Shown: piece by piece, positions 10,501-19,494 of the stretch
Numbering within the stretch: position 1 is the stretch's first letter
Layout of the letters: the number at the start of each line of letters is the position of its first letter
NCBI GenBank assembly: GCA_963817955.1
Contig: CAWFQK010000004.1
Coordinates: 800,001 to 864,000, forward strand
DNA from: an uncultured Gemmatimonadaceae bacterium
Lineage (GTDB): Bacteria > Gemmatimonadota > Gemmatimonadetes > Gemmatimonadales > Gemmatimonadaceae
Length of the DNA: 64,000 nt
Direction: 5' to 3'
Translations under genes and position numbers: made by a program
The notes under the pieces: model-generated
What the model saw: only the letters and a program-made list of their open reading frames with translations
Database searches by the model: none
Told to the model about the DNA's origin: nothing

Positions 10501-10950
10501 CTAGGCGCGCGGAGGTGGGACTTCGGGCGCGAACGCGGGCCCGAGGGGCATATCGGCAGATGCGACGACCTGCACCGCGACGGGCCTGGGCGCGGTCACC
10601 AACGCCGTAGCGGCCGGCGTGGCAGAAACGGCAATGACACAGTTCGCCATCGACGCACATCCGCTCGGAGCGAACGGTACGTCGCAGGACTTGCCGGTTC
10701 CCGTCATGTCACACCCGCCAACCGGCGCCTTGGGTGCGCTCGGCGACTTGCCGGCCATGTCCGTCATGGCCGAGTCGTGCGCTCCGTGATGGGCGTGTCC
10801 TGCGCCGGCGGCTTCCATGGCACCCGATGACGCTGTCGCGTGGTCGCCATGCATGGGACAGACCGTGCCGCTCGCCAGCACTGAAAGCTGGAAGAGCAGC
10901 GCGCCCGAGAGCACGGCAACTATGCGATGAAGACGCTTGAGGCGGGGCAT
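10501..10950 (-). CDS. Small His/Met/Cys-rich membrane or exported protein ending PEVPPPRA; candidate regulatory leader of cusCBA
   Basis: Basic N-terminus plus hydrophobic helix, CPMHGDH, HAHHGAHDSAM, several Cys, Pro-rich C-terminus; directly upstream of the cusC-like gene. Confidence 0.75.
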   Translation of the reverse strand: MPRLKRLHRIVAVLSGALLFQLSVLASGTVCPMHGDHATASSGAMEAAGAGHAHHGAHDSAMTDMAGKSPSAPKAPVGGCDMTGTGKSCDVPFAPSGCASMANCVIAVSATPAATALVTAPRPVAVQVVASADMPLGPAFAPEVPPPRA

Positions 10951-11033
10951 GTGATGAACGTGAGTACACCGATCACCGGAATACTAGCAAGGGAGCATCA
11001 GCTTGGCATCACCCCCGGGCACGCGCGGGAACA

Positions 11034-11903
11034 TCACCGTGGCAACAACGACCAGGCCAGCTTCAGTCCACCGTTTGCTCCCGGGACCACCGATGCACCC
11101 AACAGCCAATGATCGAGACGATTGCCGGGATGGGTGCGGTGGTTGAAACGGACGACCTTGTTGCCGGCAAAGATCCCGATGCCGGCCCCCATGATCACGT
11201 CGCTCGCCCAATGCTGGTTGTCGTACAGACGGTCGAAGGCAACACCCACTGCGCCGGCATACAATACTGGACCGACGTACCACTGCGCCCCACGCCACCA
11301 CCGGCCACTCTCGTTCGTGACCGCGGCAGCGGCAGCGAACGCTGTCAGCGCGTGTCCGCTGGGGAAGGAAGAATAGTCGCGTCCCTTCCTGAGCCCACGC
11401 AGCAGTTGGAAGTCGCGTGGATTGGTGTCTGCCACGGCGTACGGACGCGCGCGGCCAGCCGCGTCCTTGAGCACGTCGTTCACCACCGATCCAATGGCGA
11501 TCGCCTCTGAGCCGTGAAGACCGAGGTCCGCCACGTTGTTCGAGTGACCCAGGCGGCCGATGGCGTAGAGCGATGCTCCGATGTAGAGAGCTCCCGGGTA
11601 CGTCACGAGCTTCACAGTAGTTGCAAACTCGTGGATGATCGCTCGGTTCTGGAGGCCGCGGCTCTGAAACTTCTCCGCGATGCGCCTGTCAAATGGTGCG
11701 AGGGCGGCCGTTCCGGCAATCATCAGCAGACCGAGGTACGCGTCGTCACGCGTAAAGAGTGGCACCGTTGGCATGCCGGCCGTGCTCGCCGCAGTCTGTG
11801 ACACGCCCGGGCGGGCCGAGACGAGGAGCAATGCGAGCGCGACTGCGCGCACCGTCGCGTATCTGCCGAAGCGCCTCATGCGCCCCACGATCGAAGTCTG
11901 CAT
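11034..11903 (-). CDS. PAP2-family phosphatase
   Basis: KDAAGRARP, SFPSGH and RLYDNQHWASDV motifs; signal peptide. Confidence 0.9.
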   Translation of the reverse strand: MQTSIVGRMRRFGRYATVRAVALALLLVSARPGVSQTAASTAGMPTVPLFTRDDAYLGLLMIAGTAALAPFDRRIAEKFQSRGLQNRAIIHEFATTVKLVTYPGALYIGASLYAIGRLGHSNNVADLGLHGSEAIAIGSVVNDVLKDAAGRARPYAVADTNPRDFQLLRGLRKGRDYSSFPSGHALTAFAAAAAVTNESGRWWRGAQWYVGPVLYAGAVGVAFDRLYDNQHWASDVIMGAGIGIFAGNKVVRFNHRTHPGNRLDHWLLGASVVPGANGGLKLAWSLLPR

Positions 11904-11918
11904 CTGTACTGCCCTCCG

Positions 11919-12779
11919 TCACCCCTCGCGCTGTTCGAGCGCGGCCCGTAGCTGCTCCAGTTCCGCCGCCTCCGCCTTGTACACGTGCGCCGCGTCTGGA
12001 TACACCCTGCCGCGCACCTCCGCGGCGTAGCGCGTGACCGCATCGATCATCGCGTGCTTCGCTTCGGCGTACCGCTTCACGAACTTCGGCACGTGGACGT
12101 CGTAGAGACCCACGAGATCGGCAAACACCAACACCTGTCCGTCGGGCGCAGCGCCGGCGCCGATGCCGATTACCGGAATGTGCAACCGCGGGACCAGCAG
12201 CTCCGCGACCGTGGCGGGAATCGCCTCGAACACGAGCGAGAAGCATCCCGCCGCCTCGAGGGCCAACGATCCGCGAAGAATCTCGAGCGCATCATCCGTG
12301 GTCTTTCCGTGAACGCGGAACCCTTCCACTCCCACGCTGTGTTGGGGCGTGAGTCCCACATGACCCATGACCGGAATGCCGGCCGCAACGATGGCGCGGG
12401 CACGGTCGACGATGGGGCCGGCCCCTTCGATCTTCACCGCGTCGCAGCCAACATCCGCGAACCGTCGCGCGGTCGCGACCGCCAGGGCGTCCGACGACTC
12501 GTAGCTGCCAAAGGGGAGATCGCCGACGAGCAGCGGCGTCGTGATCGCGCGTCGTACGGCGCCGGCCAGCATGAGCATCTCTTCCACGGAGACGAGCCGC
12601 GTCGACTCGTAGCCGAGCACGGTCGTCGCGGCCGAGTCGCCGACGAGGACGATGTCGACCCCTGCCGCTTCGGCGACGCTCCCCGACACAAAGTCGTACG
12701 CGGTGACCATGACGATCTTCTCACCGCGTGCTTTCAGTAGAGCGAGGGCACTGGTCGTGACATCCTGGTGCACGCTCAT
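11919..12779 (-). CDS. panB: 3-methyl-2-oxobutanoate hydroxymethyltransferase
   Basis: MVTAYD, LVGDS, GDLPFGSY, VMGHVGLTPQ, IGIGAG..DGQVLV; ATG 12779 overlaps the panC stop. Confidence 0.96.
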   Translation of the reverse strand: MSVHQDVTTSALALLKARGEKIVMVTAYDFVSGSVAEAAGVDIVLVGDSAATTVLGYESTRLVSVEEMLMLAGAVRRAITTPLLVGDLPFGSYESSDALAVATARRFADVGCDAVKIEGAGPIVDRARAIVAAGIPVMGHVGLTPQHSVGVEGFRVHGKTTDDALEILRGSLALEAAGCFSLVFEAIPATVAELLVPRLHIPVIGIGAGAAPDGQVLVFADLVGLYDVHVPKFVKRYAEAKHAMIDAVTRYAAEVRGRVYPDAAHVYKAEAAELEQLRAALEQREG

Positions 12780-13627
12780 GTGGTGGCGGTCACGAGCAGA
12801 TTGTCGATCAGCCGCACGCCCCCCACGTACGCCGCCACAGCCACGAGTACCTCGCCACCAAGCGGGTGCACGGGCGCGAGCGTTTCGGCGGAGACGACCT
12901 CGAAGTACTCGGGTACTACGCCGAGCACGGCCATCGCCTCGCGACCGGCGCGCACCGCGGCCACCGGATCTCGCTCCCCGCGCCCGATCGCCGCACCGGC
13001 GGCATCCAGGCCACGCTTGAGCGCCAGCGCCTGCTGGCGCGTCTCGCGGTCGAGGCGGACGTTGCGGCTCGACATTGCCAGGCCGTCCGCCTCGCGAACG
13101 GTGGGACAGACCTCCACTCGCATGGGGAAGTCGAGGTCGCGCGTCATGCGCCGAATCACGAGTGCCTGCTGCGCATCTTTCTGGCCGAAATAGGCAGTGG
13201 TGGGCTGCACGATGTTGAACAGCTTCGCGACCACCGTGGCCACGCCGCGGAAGTGCCCCGCGCCACGGAGGGCGCCTTCCATTGGTTCGGCAACTCCAGT
13301 AACGGTGACGCTCGTTGCGTAGCCCGCTGGGTAGATCTCTTCCACCGGCGGAGCAAACATCAGGTCTACACCGGCCGCGGTGGCAATGGCCGCATCGTGA
13401 GACTCGTCGCGCGGGTACGCCGCGAGGTCGGCGCTCTCGTTGAACTGCGCCGGGTTCACGAACAATGACACGACGACGACATCGCAGTCGGCGCGGGCGC
13501 GCCGAATGAGCGACGCGTGCCCCTCGTGGAAGTAGCCCATGGTGGGCACGAAGCCTACGGTGTATCCATTGCGGCGCGTGGGAAGGAGCTCGGCGCGCAA
13601 TTCTGCCACCGTCCGTACGATCTTCAT
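12776..13627 (-). CDS. panC: Pantoate--beta-alanine ligase
   Basis: FVPTMGYFHEGH, FVNPAQF, YFGQKDAQQ, GLAMSSRN, RLIDN. Confidence 0.97.
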   Translation of the reverse strand: MKIVRTVAELRAELLPTRRNGYTVGFVPTMGYFHEGHASLIRRARADCDVVVVSLFVNPAQFNESADLAAYPRDESHDAAIATAAGVDLMFAPPVEEIYPAGYATSVTVTGVAEPMEGALRGAGHFRGVATVVAKLFNIVQPTTAYFGQKDAQQALVIRRMTRDLDFPMRVEVCPTVREADGLAMSSRNVRLDRETRQQALALKRGLDAAGAAIGRGERDPVAAVRAGREAMAVLGVVPEYFEVVSAETLAPVHPLGGEVLVAVAAYVGGVRLIDNLLVTATT

Positions 13628-14355
13628 GCGTGCGACTCCCGCGCGGTCGCCGCCAGCGCGCGCGTGGCGTCAGCGAGCGCGTCCCAGAGCGGCAGCAGAT
13701 CGGGCGCTCGGGTCGCCACGGCCGTCCGCTGCCACGCGACCGTTTCCACGTCGCCACGCGCGATCGGCCCGGTGAGCGCGTCGCGCGGGCCGAGTTCCAC
13801 GGCCTGTCTCACCGCACCGAGCGCCAGGGGCGTGATGTGTTCGCGCGACACGCCGGCGAGCGCGGCGAGATGCTCCGCCATTGCTTGGAGGGTTACGAGA
13901 TAGTTGGATGCCACGCTCGCCGCTGCGTGGTAGAGCGGCCGGTCTTCCTCGGCGACGACAAATGCATGCATGCCGAGCCGGCCCGCCAACGCCATGGCTG
14001 CGGCAAGGGCGCGCGGCGTGCTGCCGGCCACGGCACAGCCAGCGCCTATGAAGCTGGCGCCGTCGCGGGTGACGGAGATGAGCGGATGGAGCGAAAAGCG
14101 CTCGTGCGGCGCGAGCGGGTCGAGCGACGTCGCACCGGAGCAATGGCCAACGAGCGGTCCGGGTACCACAGACCGGGCCGCGCCAGCGATCTCCGCGTCG
14201 GGCACGCAGAGCAGGACCATCTCGGCGCCACTTGCCGCGTTGGTCTCGCCACGGCGCAGCGGACCAATCACAGGCGCGCCGGCAGCACGTAGCGCTCCCG
14301 CGAGCGCTGAGCCGAGGCGGCCGGCGCCGATGATGGCTATCAGAGGGGTGGTCAC
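13624..14355 (-). CDS. Rossmann-like/DUF2520 oxidoreductase (probable PanG-type ketopantoate reductase)
   Basis: IIGAGRLG, HCSG, LHP, YHAAASVASN, ALTGPIARGD; first gene of the pan operon; GTG 14355 lies 7 nt after TATCTT. Confidence 0.85.
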   Translation of the reverse strand: MTTPLIAIIGAGRLGSALAGALRAAGAPVIGPLRRGETNAASGAEMVLLCVPDAEIAGAARSVVPGPLVGHCSGATSLDPLAPHERFSLHPLISVTRDGASFIGAGCAVAGSTPRALAAAMALAGRLGMHAFVVAEEDRPLYHAAASVASNYLVTLQAMAEHLAALAGVSREHITPLALGAVRQAVELGPRDALTGPIARGDVETVAWQRTAVATRAPDLLPLWDALADATRALAATARESHA

Positions 14356-14428
14356 CCTGGGGAAGATAAACGCGGTTGGGGGGGGCGTCTTGTATCTACG
14401 CGAGGCGGTGCAGCCCATCGCGAGGCGG

Positions 14429-14578
14429 GGATTGGACTCCGGGCTCTATTCCGGCTGGGTGTCGCTGGCTGCTCCGTAACGGTCGGCCCGCCGGTCGGCG
14501 AGGTTCGAGTTTCCAGTTGTGAGTTGTGCGTTGTGAGTTTCTCGTGTCCCGTGTCCCGGGTCCCGTGTCCCCCGTCCC
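14429..14578. repeat. Dispersed element copy A (GC-rich hairpin region + heptamer array)
   Basis: 14451-14555 matches 28223-28327 at 101/105 nt; 7-bp periodic array from 14502 to 14578. Confidence 0.92.
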
Positions 14579-14579
14579 G

Positions 14580-16076
14580 TCACGGAATGTCCTTAGCCTT
14601 GACCGGTTCCGGGAACGTGTCGCGGTACTCGGGCTGCTTCGTGGCACCTTGAGGTCCGCGGAGCGACGAGAGGTATTGTGACAGTTCCTCGATTTCCTCG
14701 TGGCTGAGCGTCGGGGGACCGAACGCGGGCATCTTCGATGCCGGATGAAAGCGCGACGGATCCTCGATGAAGCTGTGCATCCACGCCGCGGAGTGTCTGA
14801 GCCCCACCTCGGTCAGGTCCGGCGCTTGGGGAACCTCGCCCTTCTTCTCCGGCGCCTTCTGGCCAGCCACCATATGGCAACTGCCACACTGCTGTGCCTG
14901 GAAGATCGTCCGACCCGCGCGCTCGACCGAAGTGAGCGGACGCCCAACTTCGGGCGGGACCGCCGGGGGTGCCTCGGCTGCCGACTGGCCGAACAAGAAT
15001 GCGCAGCCCACGGTGATGACCCCGAGCGACGCGATTGCCGCGGGACGGCGCCGGAGCGAACGGATACTGTTCGTGTCGTAAAACGGCAGCAGCAGTAAGA
15101 CGACGACGATGATCGCTGGCAGGCCCACTGCCACGACCGCCTCCATCGATCCCGGCACGAGCTTGAGCAGTTGGAAGAACGGGAGGAAATACCACTCGGG
15201 CCGCGGCGTATACGACGCGTCTGTGGGATCGGCCGGCGCCTCCAGTCCCGCCCCGACGAACAGCGCGAGCAGCACGAGGACAAGAACGGCGACCGTCGCG
15301 ATGACGACATCCTTGGCAATGATGTCAGGCCAGAACGGCACGCCCGCGATCTTGGATCGCGCGTACTGTTCGCCGTAGTACTCGGCGTAGTGTGAATCGT
15401 TCGTCATGCGCGGCGCGGCCTCCTCGAGCAGGCGCGGCGGCGGTGCGATCCCTTGTCGGATGACCAGCGCGACGTGGAGGAGCACGATTCCACCGAGCAG
15501 CACGGGCAAGAGCAGCACATGCACCGCAAAGAACCGGGCGAGCGTCGCCGCACCGAGCTGGCTGCCCCCGCGGAGCAACTTGACGAGCGTGCCGCCGACG
15601 ATGGGGGTGGTACCCGCGATGTTCGTCCCCACCTGGGTGGCCCAGTACGCCTTCTGGTCCCACGGAAGCAGGTAGCCCGTGAACCCGAAGCCCAGCACCA
15701 GGAAGAACAGCGCGACGCCAAGCACCCAGTTCGCTTCACGTGGGTACTTGTACGCCCCCATCGCAAACACACGAACCATGTGCGCCAACACGAGCACCAC
15801 CATCGCCGACGCACCCCAGTGATGTATTCCGCGCAACGTCGCGCCGCTCACGACACTGCGTTGGAGATACCGGATGCTGTCGTAGGCGTGATCCGGAGAC
15901 GGCGAGTAATACATCGCGAGCACGATGCCGGTGGCGAACTGCACCACGAACACCGCCAGCGTCGCGCTGCCCAGCGTGTGCCACCACGTCAGTTTTGGCA
16001 TCTTCCGGTCGAACACGGTCCGGCGAATCGCCACCAGATCCATGCGCTCATCGAGCCAACGAAAGATTGCGCTCAT
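14580..16076 (-). CDS. Cytochrome b (b6 + subunit IV-like) fused to a C-terminal monoheme cytochrome c
   Basis: RGIHHWGAS..H, FTGYLLPWDQ, FAVH..H, PEWY, CGSCH, MPAF. Confidence 0.92.
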   Translation of the reverse strand: MSAIFRWLDERMDLVAIRRTVFDRKMPKLTWWHTLGSATLAVFVVQFATGIVLAMYYSPSPDHAYDSIRYLQRSVVSGATLRGIHHWGASAMVVLVLAHMVRVFAMGAYKYPREANWVLGVALFFLVLGFGFTGYLLPWDQKAYWATQVGTNIAGTTPIVGGTLVKLLRGGSQLGAATLARFFAVHVLLLPVLLGGIVLLHVALVIRQGIAPPPRLLEEAAPRMTNDSHYAEYYGEQYARSKIAGVPFWPDIIAKDVVIATVAVLVLVLLALFVGAGLEAPADPTDASYTPRPEWYFLPFFQLLKLVPGSMEAVVAVGLPAIIVVVLLLLPFYDTNSIRSLRRRPAAIASLGVITVGCAFLFGQSAAEAPPAVPPEVGRPLTSVERAGRTIFQAQQCGSCHMVAGQKAPEKKGEVPQAPDLTEVGLRHSAAWMHSFIEDPSRFHPASKMPAFGPPTLSHEEIEELSQYLSSLRGPQGATKQPEYRDTFPEPVKAKDIP

Positions 16077-16080
16077 GTCG

Positions 16081-16611
16081 CTACGCCTCGATCTTCTGGG
16101 CAATGCCGAGCCGGAAGTCCTCGTACTTCACAAACACCGCACTATCGCGGATCTCCACCGGTAGTTCGTCCAGCGGCCGCGGCGGTGGGCCGGCGAGGAC
16201 CGCACCCGTTTTCACGTCGAACTGTCCCCGATGGCACGGACACAAGAAGGTCTTGTGTTCCTTGTCATATAAGTAGCTGCAGCCAAGGTGCGTGCAGTGA
16301 CCGTTGTACGCCTTGAACTTTTCGCCGTCCTCAGTGAACAGCCAGACACCGTTCAGCGTACGGCTCGACAACCACGCGTCTGTCGAGCTCTGAACGAAAT
16401 TCACGCGGATCGGAACCCCGATATCGAGCAACGCAATGTCATCGGCCACCTTGATCCAGTCGTCCACGCGCGGAGTGGGCAGCGCGGGGGAGATGAACGC
16501 GCGCAGCGTGGGAAACCCGACCAACACGCCGCTCAATAGTGCGCCGATCCCGCTCACCCAACGCAGGAATCCGCGTCGGCCGATCGGTTCCGGCGCCTTG
16601 AGGTCATCCAC
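16081..16611 (-). CDS. Rieske [2Fe-2S] subunit of a cytochrome bc complex
   Basis: Tat motif GRRGFL, CTHLGC, CPCH, GPPPRPL; GTG 16611 preferred as start. Confidence 0.92.
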   Translation of the reverse strand: MDDLKAPEPIGRRGFLRWVSGIGALLSGVLVGFPTLRAFISPALPTPRVDDWIKVADDIALLDIGVPIRVNFVQSSTDAWLSSRTLNGVWLFTEDGEKFKAYNGHCTHLGCSYLYDKEHKTFLCPCHRGQFDVKTGAVLAGPPPRPLDELPVEIRDSAVFVKYEDFRLGIAQKIEA

Positions 16612-16665
16612 CTGTCTCGGTCCGATCGCCAGGGGTCGCCTCCATCGAGAGTTCCTGGCATGGTC

Positions 16666-16680
16666 GCAAGAGAACGGCCA
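16666..16680 (-). promoter_or_regulatory. Putative sigma54 (-24/-12) promoter of the Rieske-cytb operon
   Basis: Minus strand TGGCCGTTCTCTTGC = GG-N10-GC, close to consensus TGGCAC-N5-TTGC. Confidence 0.55.
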
Positions 16681-16697
16681 CGGCGACAAACGGCCAC

Positions 16698-16725
16698 CGT
16701 GTCCCGTGTCCCGTGTCCCGTGTCC
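16698..16725. repeat. Tandem heptamer (CGTGTCC)x4
   Basis: Four perfect units just after the glgP stop codon; same unit as in repeat copies A and B. Confidence 0.9.
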
Positions 16726-16731
16726 CCCGTG

Positions 16732-19251
16732 CTATCGCTGCCAGTGGACCAACTGAATCTCCATGGGCACGATGGCGTCGGGATGAAATGGCACCACGCG
16801 CGGTGTAAAGTCCGACGCGGGACGGCTCGTGGCCACGAATGCGCCATACGTGGCGGGTGAAACGGTCGCGGCACCAGTGCGTGCCATCAGTACGCGAGTC
16901 ACAGGTTGCTCGCCAGTCGCATCGGCATAGAGCTCAACCCGCAGCATCCCCGGGTCCACCGGCCCTGCATCTACATCCACGGAGAACAACCATCCGTCGC
17001 GCCCGGCACAAACCTCCAGCGCACCAAAACGCACGGCGTTCCATCCGCGCTCGACCGCCTGTTCCCAAGCCGCCAACTCGCGGGCGAGTTTCGCGCCCGA
17101 TCCTGCTCGCTTGTTCAGACGCTCGGCAGCAGATAGATAGACGGTGTCCACGTACTGCCGGACCATGCGATTCGTACTGAAGCGGGGCGTCAACACAGAC
17201 ATGCTCGCTCGAACGCGCGCCAGCCATCGCACCGGAAATCCACGTTCGTCGCGCGCGTAGAACTCCGGCACGATCTCGCTCTCCAGCAAGTGGTACAGCT
17301 GGTCCGCCTCGGCTGCGTCCCATGCAAGCTCGTCATGGACGCGCCCATCTCCAATGGCCCAGCCGACCTCCGGCGTGTAGGCTTCGGCCCACCAGCCGTC
17401 GAGCTCTGAGATGTTCAGCCCGCCATTCACGAGCACCTTCATGCCGCTCGTGCCACAGGCTTCCCACGGACGGCGCGGGGTGTTCAACCAGAGGTCGACG
17501 CCGCGCACGAACTCCTGCGCGAGCGACATGTCGTAGTCCTCGACGAAGACGACTCGATCCCTCGCGCGAGGATCTCGTGCCAGTTCCATCCACTCGGCGA
17601 TCATCTGCTTTCCCTGGAGATCATCGGGATGTGCCTTACCCGCGATGACGATCTGGAACGGACGCGTTCGGTCTTCGAGCAGGGCGATCAACCTGGCGCG
17701 GTCGTGCAGCAGGAGTGTTGGACGTTTGTACGCGGTAAAGCGTCGCGCGAATCCAAGCGTGAGCCCATCGGGATCCAGCACCTGGCGCGCATGCGACACG
17801 GTCGGTTCATCGGCGCCACGCACGCGAAGCTGCCGCTCGAGTCGCCGGCGGACGCTCGCGATGAGCGCGTGGCGCGCTTCGTTCCGGCAACACCACAATT
17901 CCTCATCGCCAATGGTGGCCATGTCGCGCGTGATGTCCGTGAGCGCGCCCAGCCATCGCTGTTTCCCCGACTGTTTCTCCCACAGGCGATCGGCCTGCGG
18001 AGAATCCCAGGACGGCGCATGCACGCCGTTCGTGATGTGCGTGACGGGAACTTCGGCTTCGGGCCAACGCCGGTAGAGTTCTCGAAAGAGATGCCGGCTC
18101 ACGCTGCCGTGCAGCGCACTCACGCCGTTCGCGGAGCTGCTCCCACGCATGGCAAGAAACGCCAGGTTGAACGGCTCGCTCGTATCATCCGGATCGCGCC
18201 GTCCCAACGCGAGGAGGGTGGACAGCGGCACGCCCAGCTTCTCGGCATAGATCCGCAGATACGCGACGTGCTGATCGATGAATCCAGGTCCGAAACGATC
18301 GAAGGCCGCTGGGACCGCCGAGTGGGTCGTGAACACATTCCCGGCACGCGTCGCCCACAGCGCCTCGCGGAACGAGACCTGTCCGTGCGTCATGAAGCAG
18401 CGCGCGCGCTCGAGGATGGCCAACGCGGCATGACCTTCGTTCAAGTGGCAGATGTCCACGTCGACTGCGAGTAGGTCGACGAGACGCCATCCGCCAATCC
18501 CCAGCACGACCTCCTGGAGGAACCGCACGTCGGGGCTGCCGCCATACAGTTTGCCGGTAATGCTTCGGTCCGCCGGGCTGTTGAGCGGGTCGTTGCTGTC
18601 GAGCAGATAGAGCCGCGCGCAGCCCACGACCGCCTGCCAGACGCGCAGGAACAACGTTCGCCCCGGGAAATCCAGCTCGACGCGCAGCCACCGGCCATCA
18701 CCTGCCATCACCGGCGCAATCGGAAGGCTGCTCGGATCGTTATAGGGATACAGCTCGTGCTGGCCGCCCTGCGCATCGATCGTCTGGCGAAAGTACCCCT
18801 CCTGATACAGCAGCCCAACTCCGATCACGGGCACTCCCAGGTCGCTCGCTGCCTTGAGATAGTCGCCGGCCAACACGCCCAGTCCGCCCGCGTACAGCGG
18901 GAGCGCCTCACCCAGCCCGAACTCCATGGAGAAGTACGCGACACGGCGCAATTCGACCCCGGGGTGCGCCGATGCGAACCATCCACCATCGACGACGTAC
19001 TGCCGGCGCGCCTCATCAAGACGCTGGATCTCATGGGTCAGCGATGGGTCGGACGCCAGGCGGTCGAGCCGTTCTCGCGGCACCGCTTGGAGCAGCATCC
19101 AGGGATTCTCCAACGCCGCCCATGCCTCCGGATCGAGCGCCCGCCAGATGTGATCCGCGGCGTGGCTCCACGTCCACCGCATGTCGGCAGCGAGCGCGCG
19201 CAATGGCTCGAGGGCCGGTGGTAATGCCCGAGTGATACCGTAGGCGACCAT
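16732..19251 (-). CDS. glgP: Alpha-glucan (glycogen/maltodextrin) phosphorylase
   Basis: AYFSMEFG, YAGGLGVLAGD, HLNEGH, FARRFTAYKR, EACGTSGMK (PLP lysine). Confidence 0.95.
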   Translation of the reverse strand: MVAYGITRALPPALEPLRALAADMRWTWSHAADHIWRALDPEAWAALENPWMLLQAVPRERLDRLASDPSLTHEIQRLDEARRQYVVDGGWFASAHPGVELRRVAYFSMEFGLGEALPLYAGGLGVLAGDYLKAASDLGVPVIGVGLLYQEGYFRQTIDAQGGQHELYPYNDPSSLPIAPVMAGDGRWLRVELDFPGRTLFLRVWQAVVGCARLYLLDSNDPLNSPADRSITGKLYGGSPDVRFLQEVVLGIGGWRLVDLLAVDVDICHLNEGHAALAILERARCFMTHGQVSFREALWATRAGNVFTTHSAVPAAFDRFGPGFIDQHVAYLRIYAEKLGVPLSTLLALGRRDPDDTSEPFNLAFLAMRGSSSANGVSALHGSVSRHLFRELYRRWPEAEVPVTHITNGVHAPSWDSPQADRLWEKQSGKQRWLGALTDITRDMATIGDEELWCCRNEARHALIASVRRRLERQLRVRGADEPTVSHARQVLDPDGLTLGFARRFTAYKRPTLLLHDRARLIALLEDRTRPFQIVIAGKAHPDDLQGKQMIAEWMELARDPRARDRVVFVEDYDMSLAQEFVRGVDLWLNTPRRPWEACGTSGMKVLVNGGLNISELDGWWAEAYTPEVGWAIGDGRVHDELAWDAAEADQLYHLLESEIVPEFYARDERGFPVRWLARVRASMSVLTPRFSTNRMVRQYVDTVYLSAAERLNKRAGSGAKLARELAAWEQAVERGWNAVRFGALEVCAGRDGWLFSVDVDAGPVDPGMLRVELYADATGEQPVTRVLMARTGAATVSPATYGAFVATSRPASDFTPRVVPFHPDAIVPMEIQLVHWQR

Positions 19252-19494
19252 GATGCACCGAGATTGACCGATGTCGTGTTGAGGATAGGAACAGCAACAC
19301 CGCTGTCTGTCAGCGGCATGCCGCACCACGTCCTGGAAAGCACCGACGACCGGAGCAATTCTGGTTCTCGCATTCGGTTGCGGATATGCTCGCTTCGGCG
19401 TACGTTCGCGAGCGAATGAATGCCTAGTTTCCGAGGAACCCCGTCGTCACACCTTAGGGAACGCGCGCTCCTCCTTCCTGCTCAAGGCGCCGCC

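Noticed and set aside
12780..13757. 612-aa ORF suggesting a long PanB fusion
   Set aside because: The upstream part is an off-frame read through panC; PanB starts at ATG 12779.
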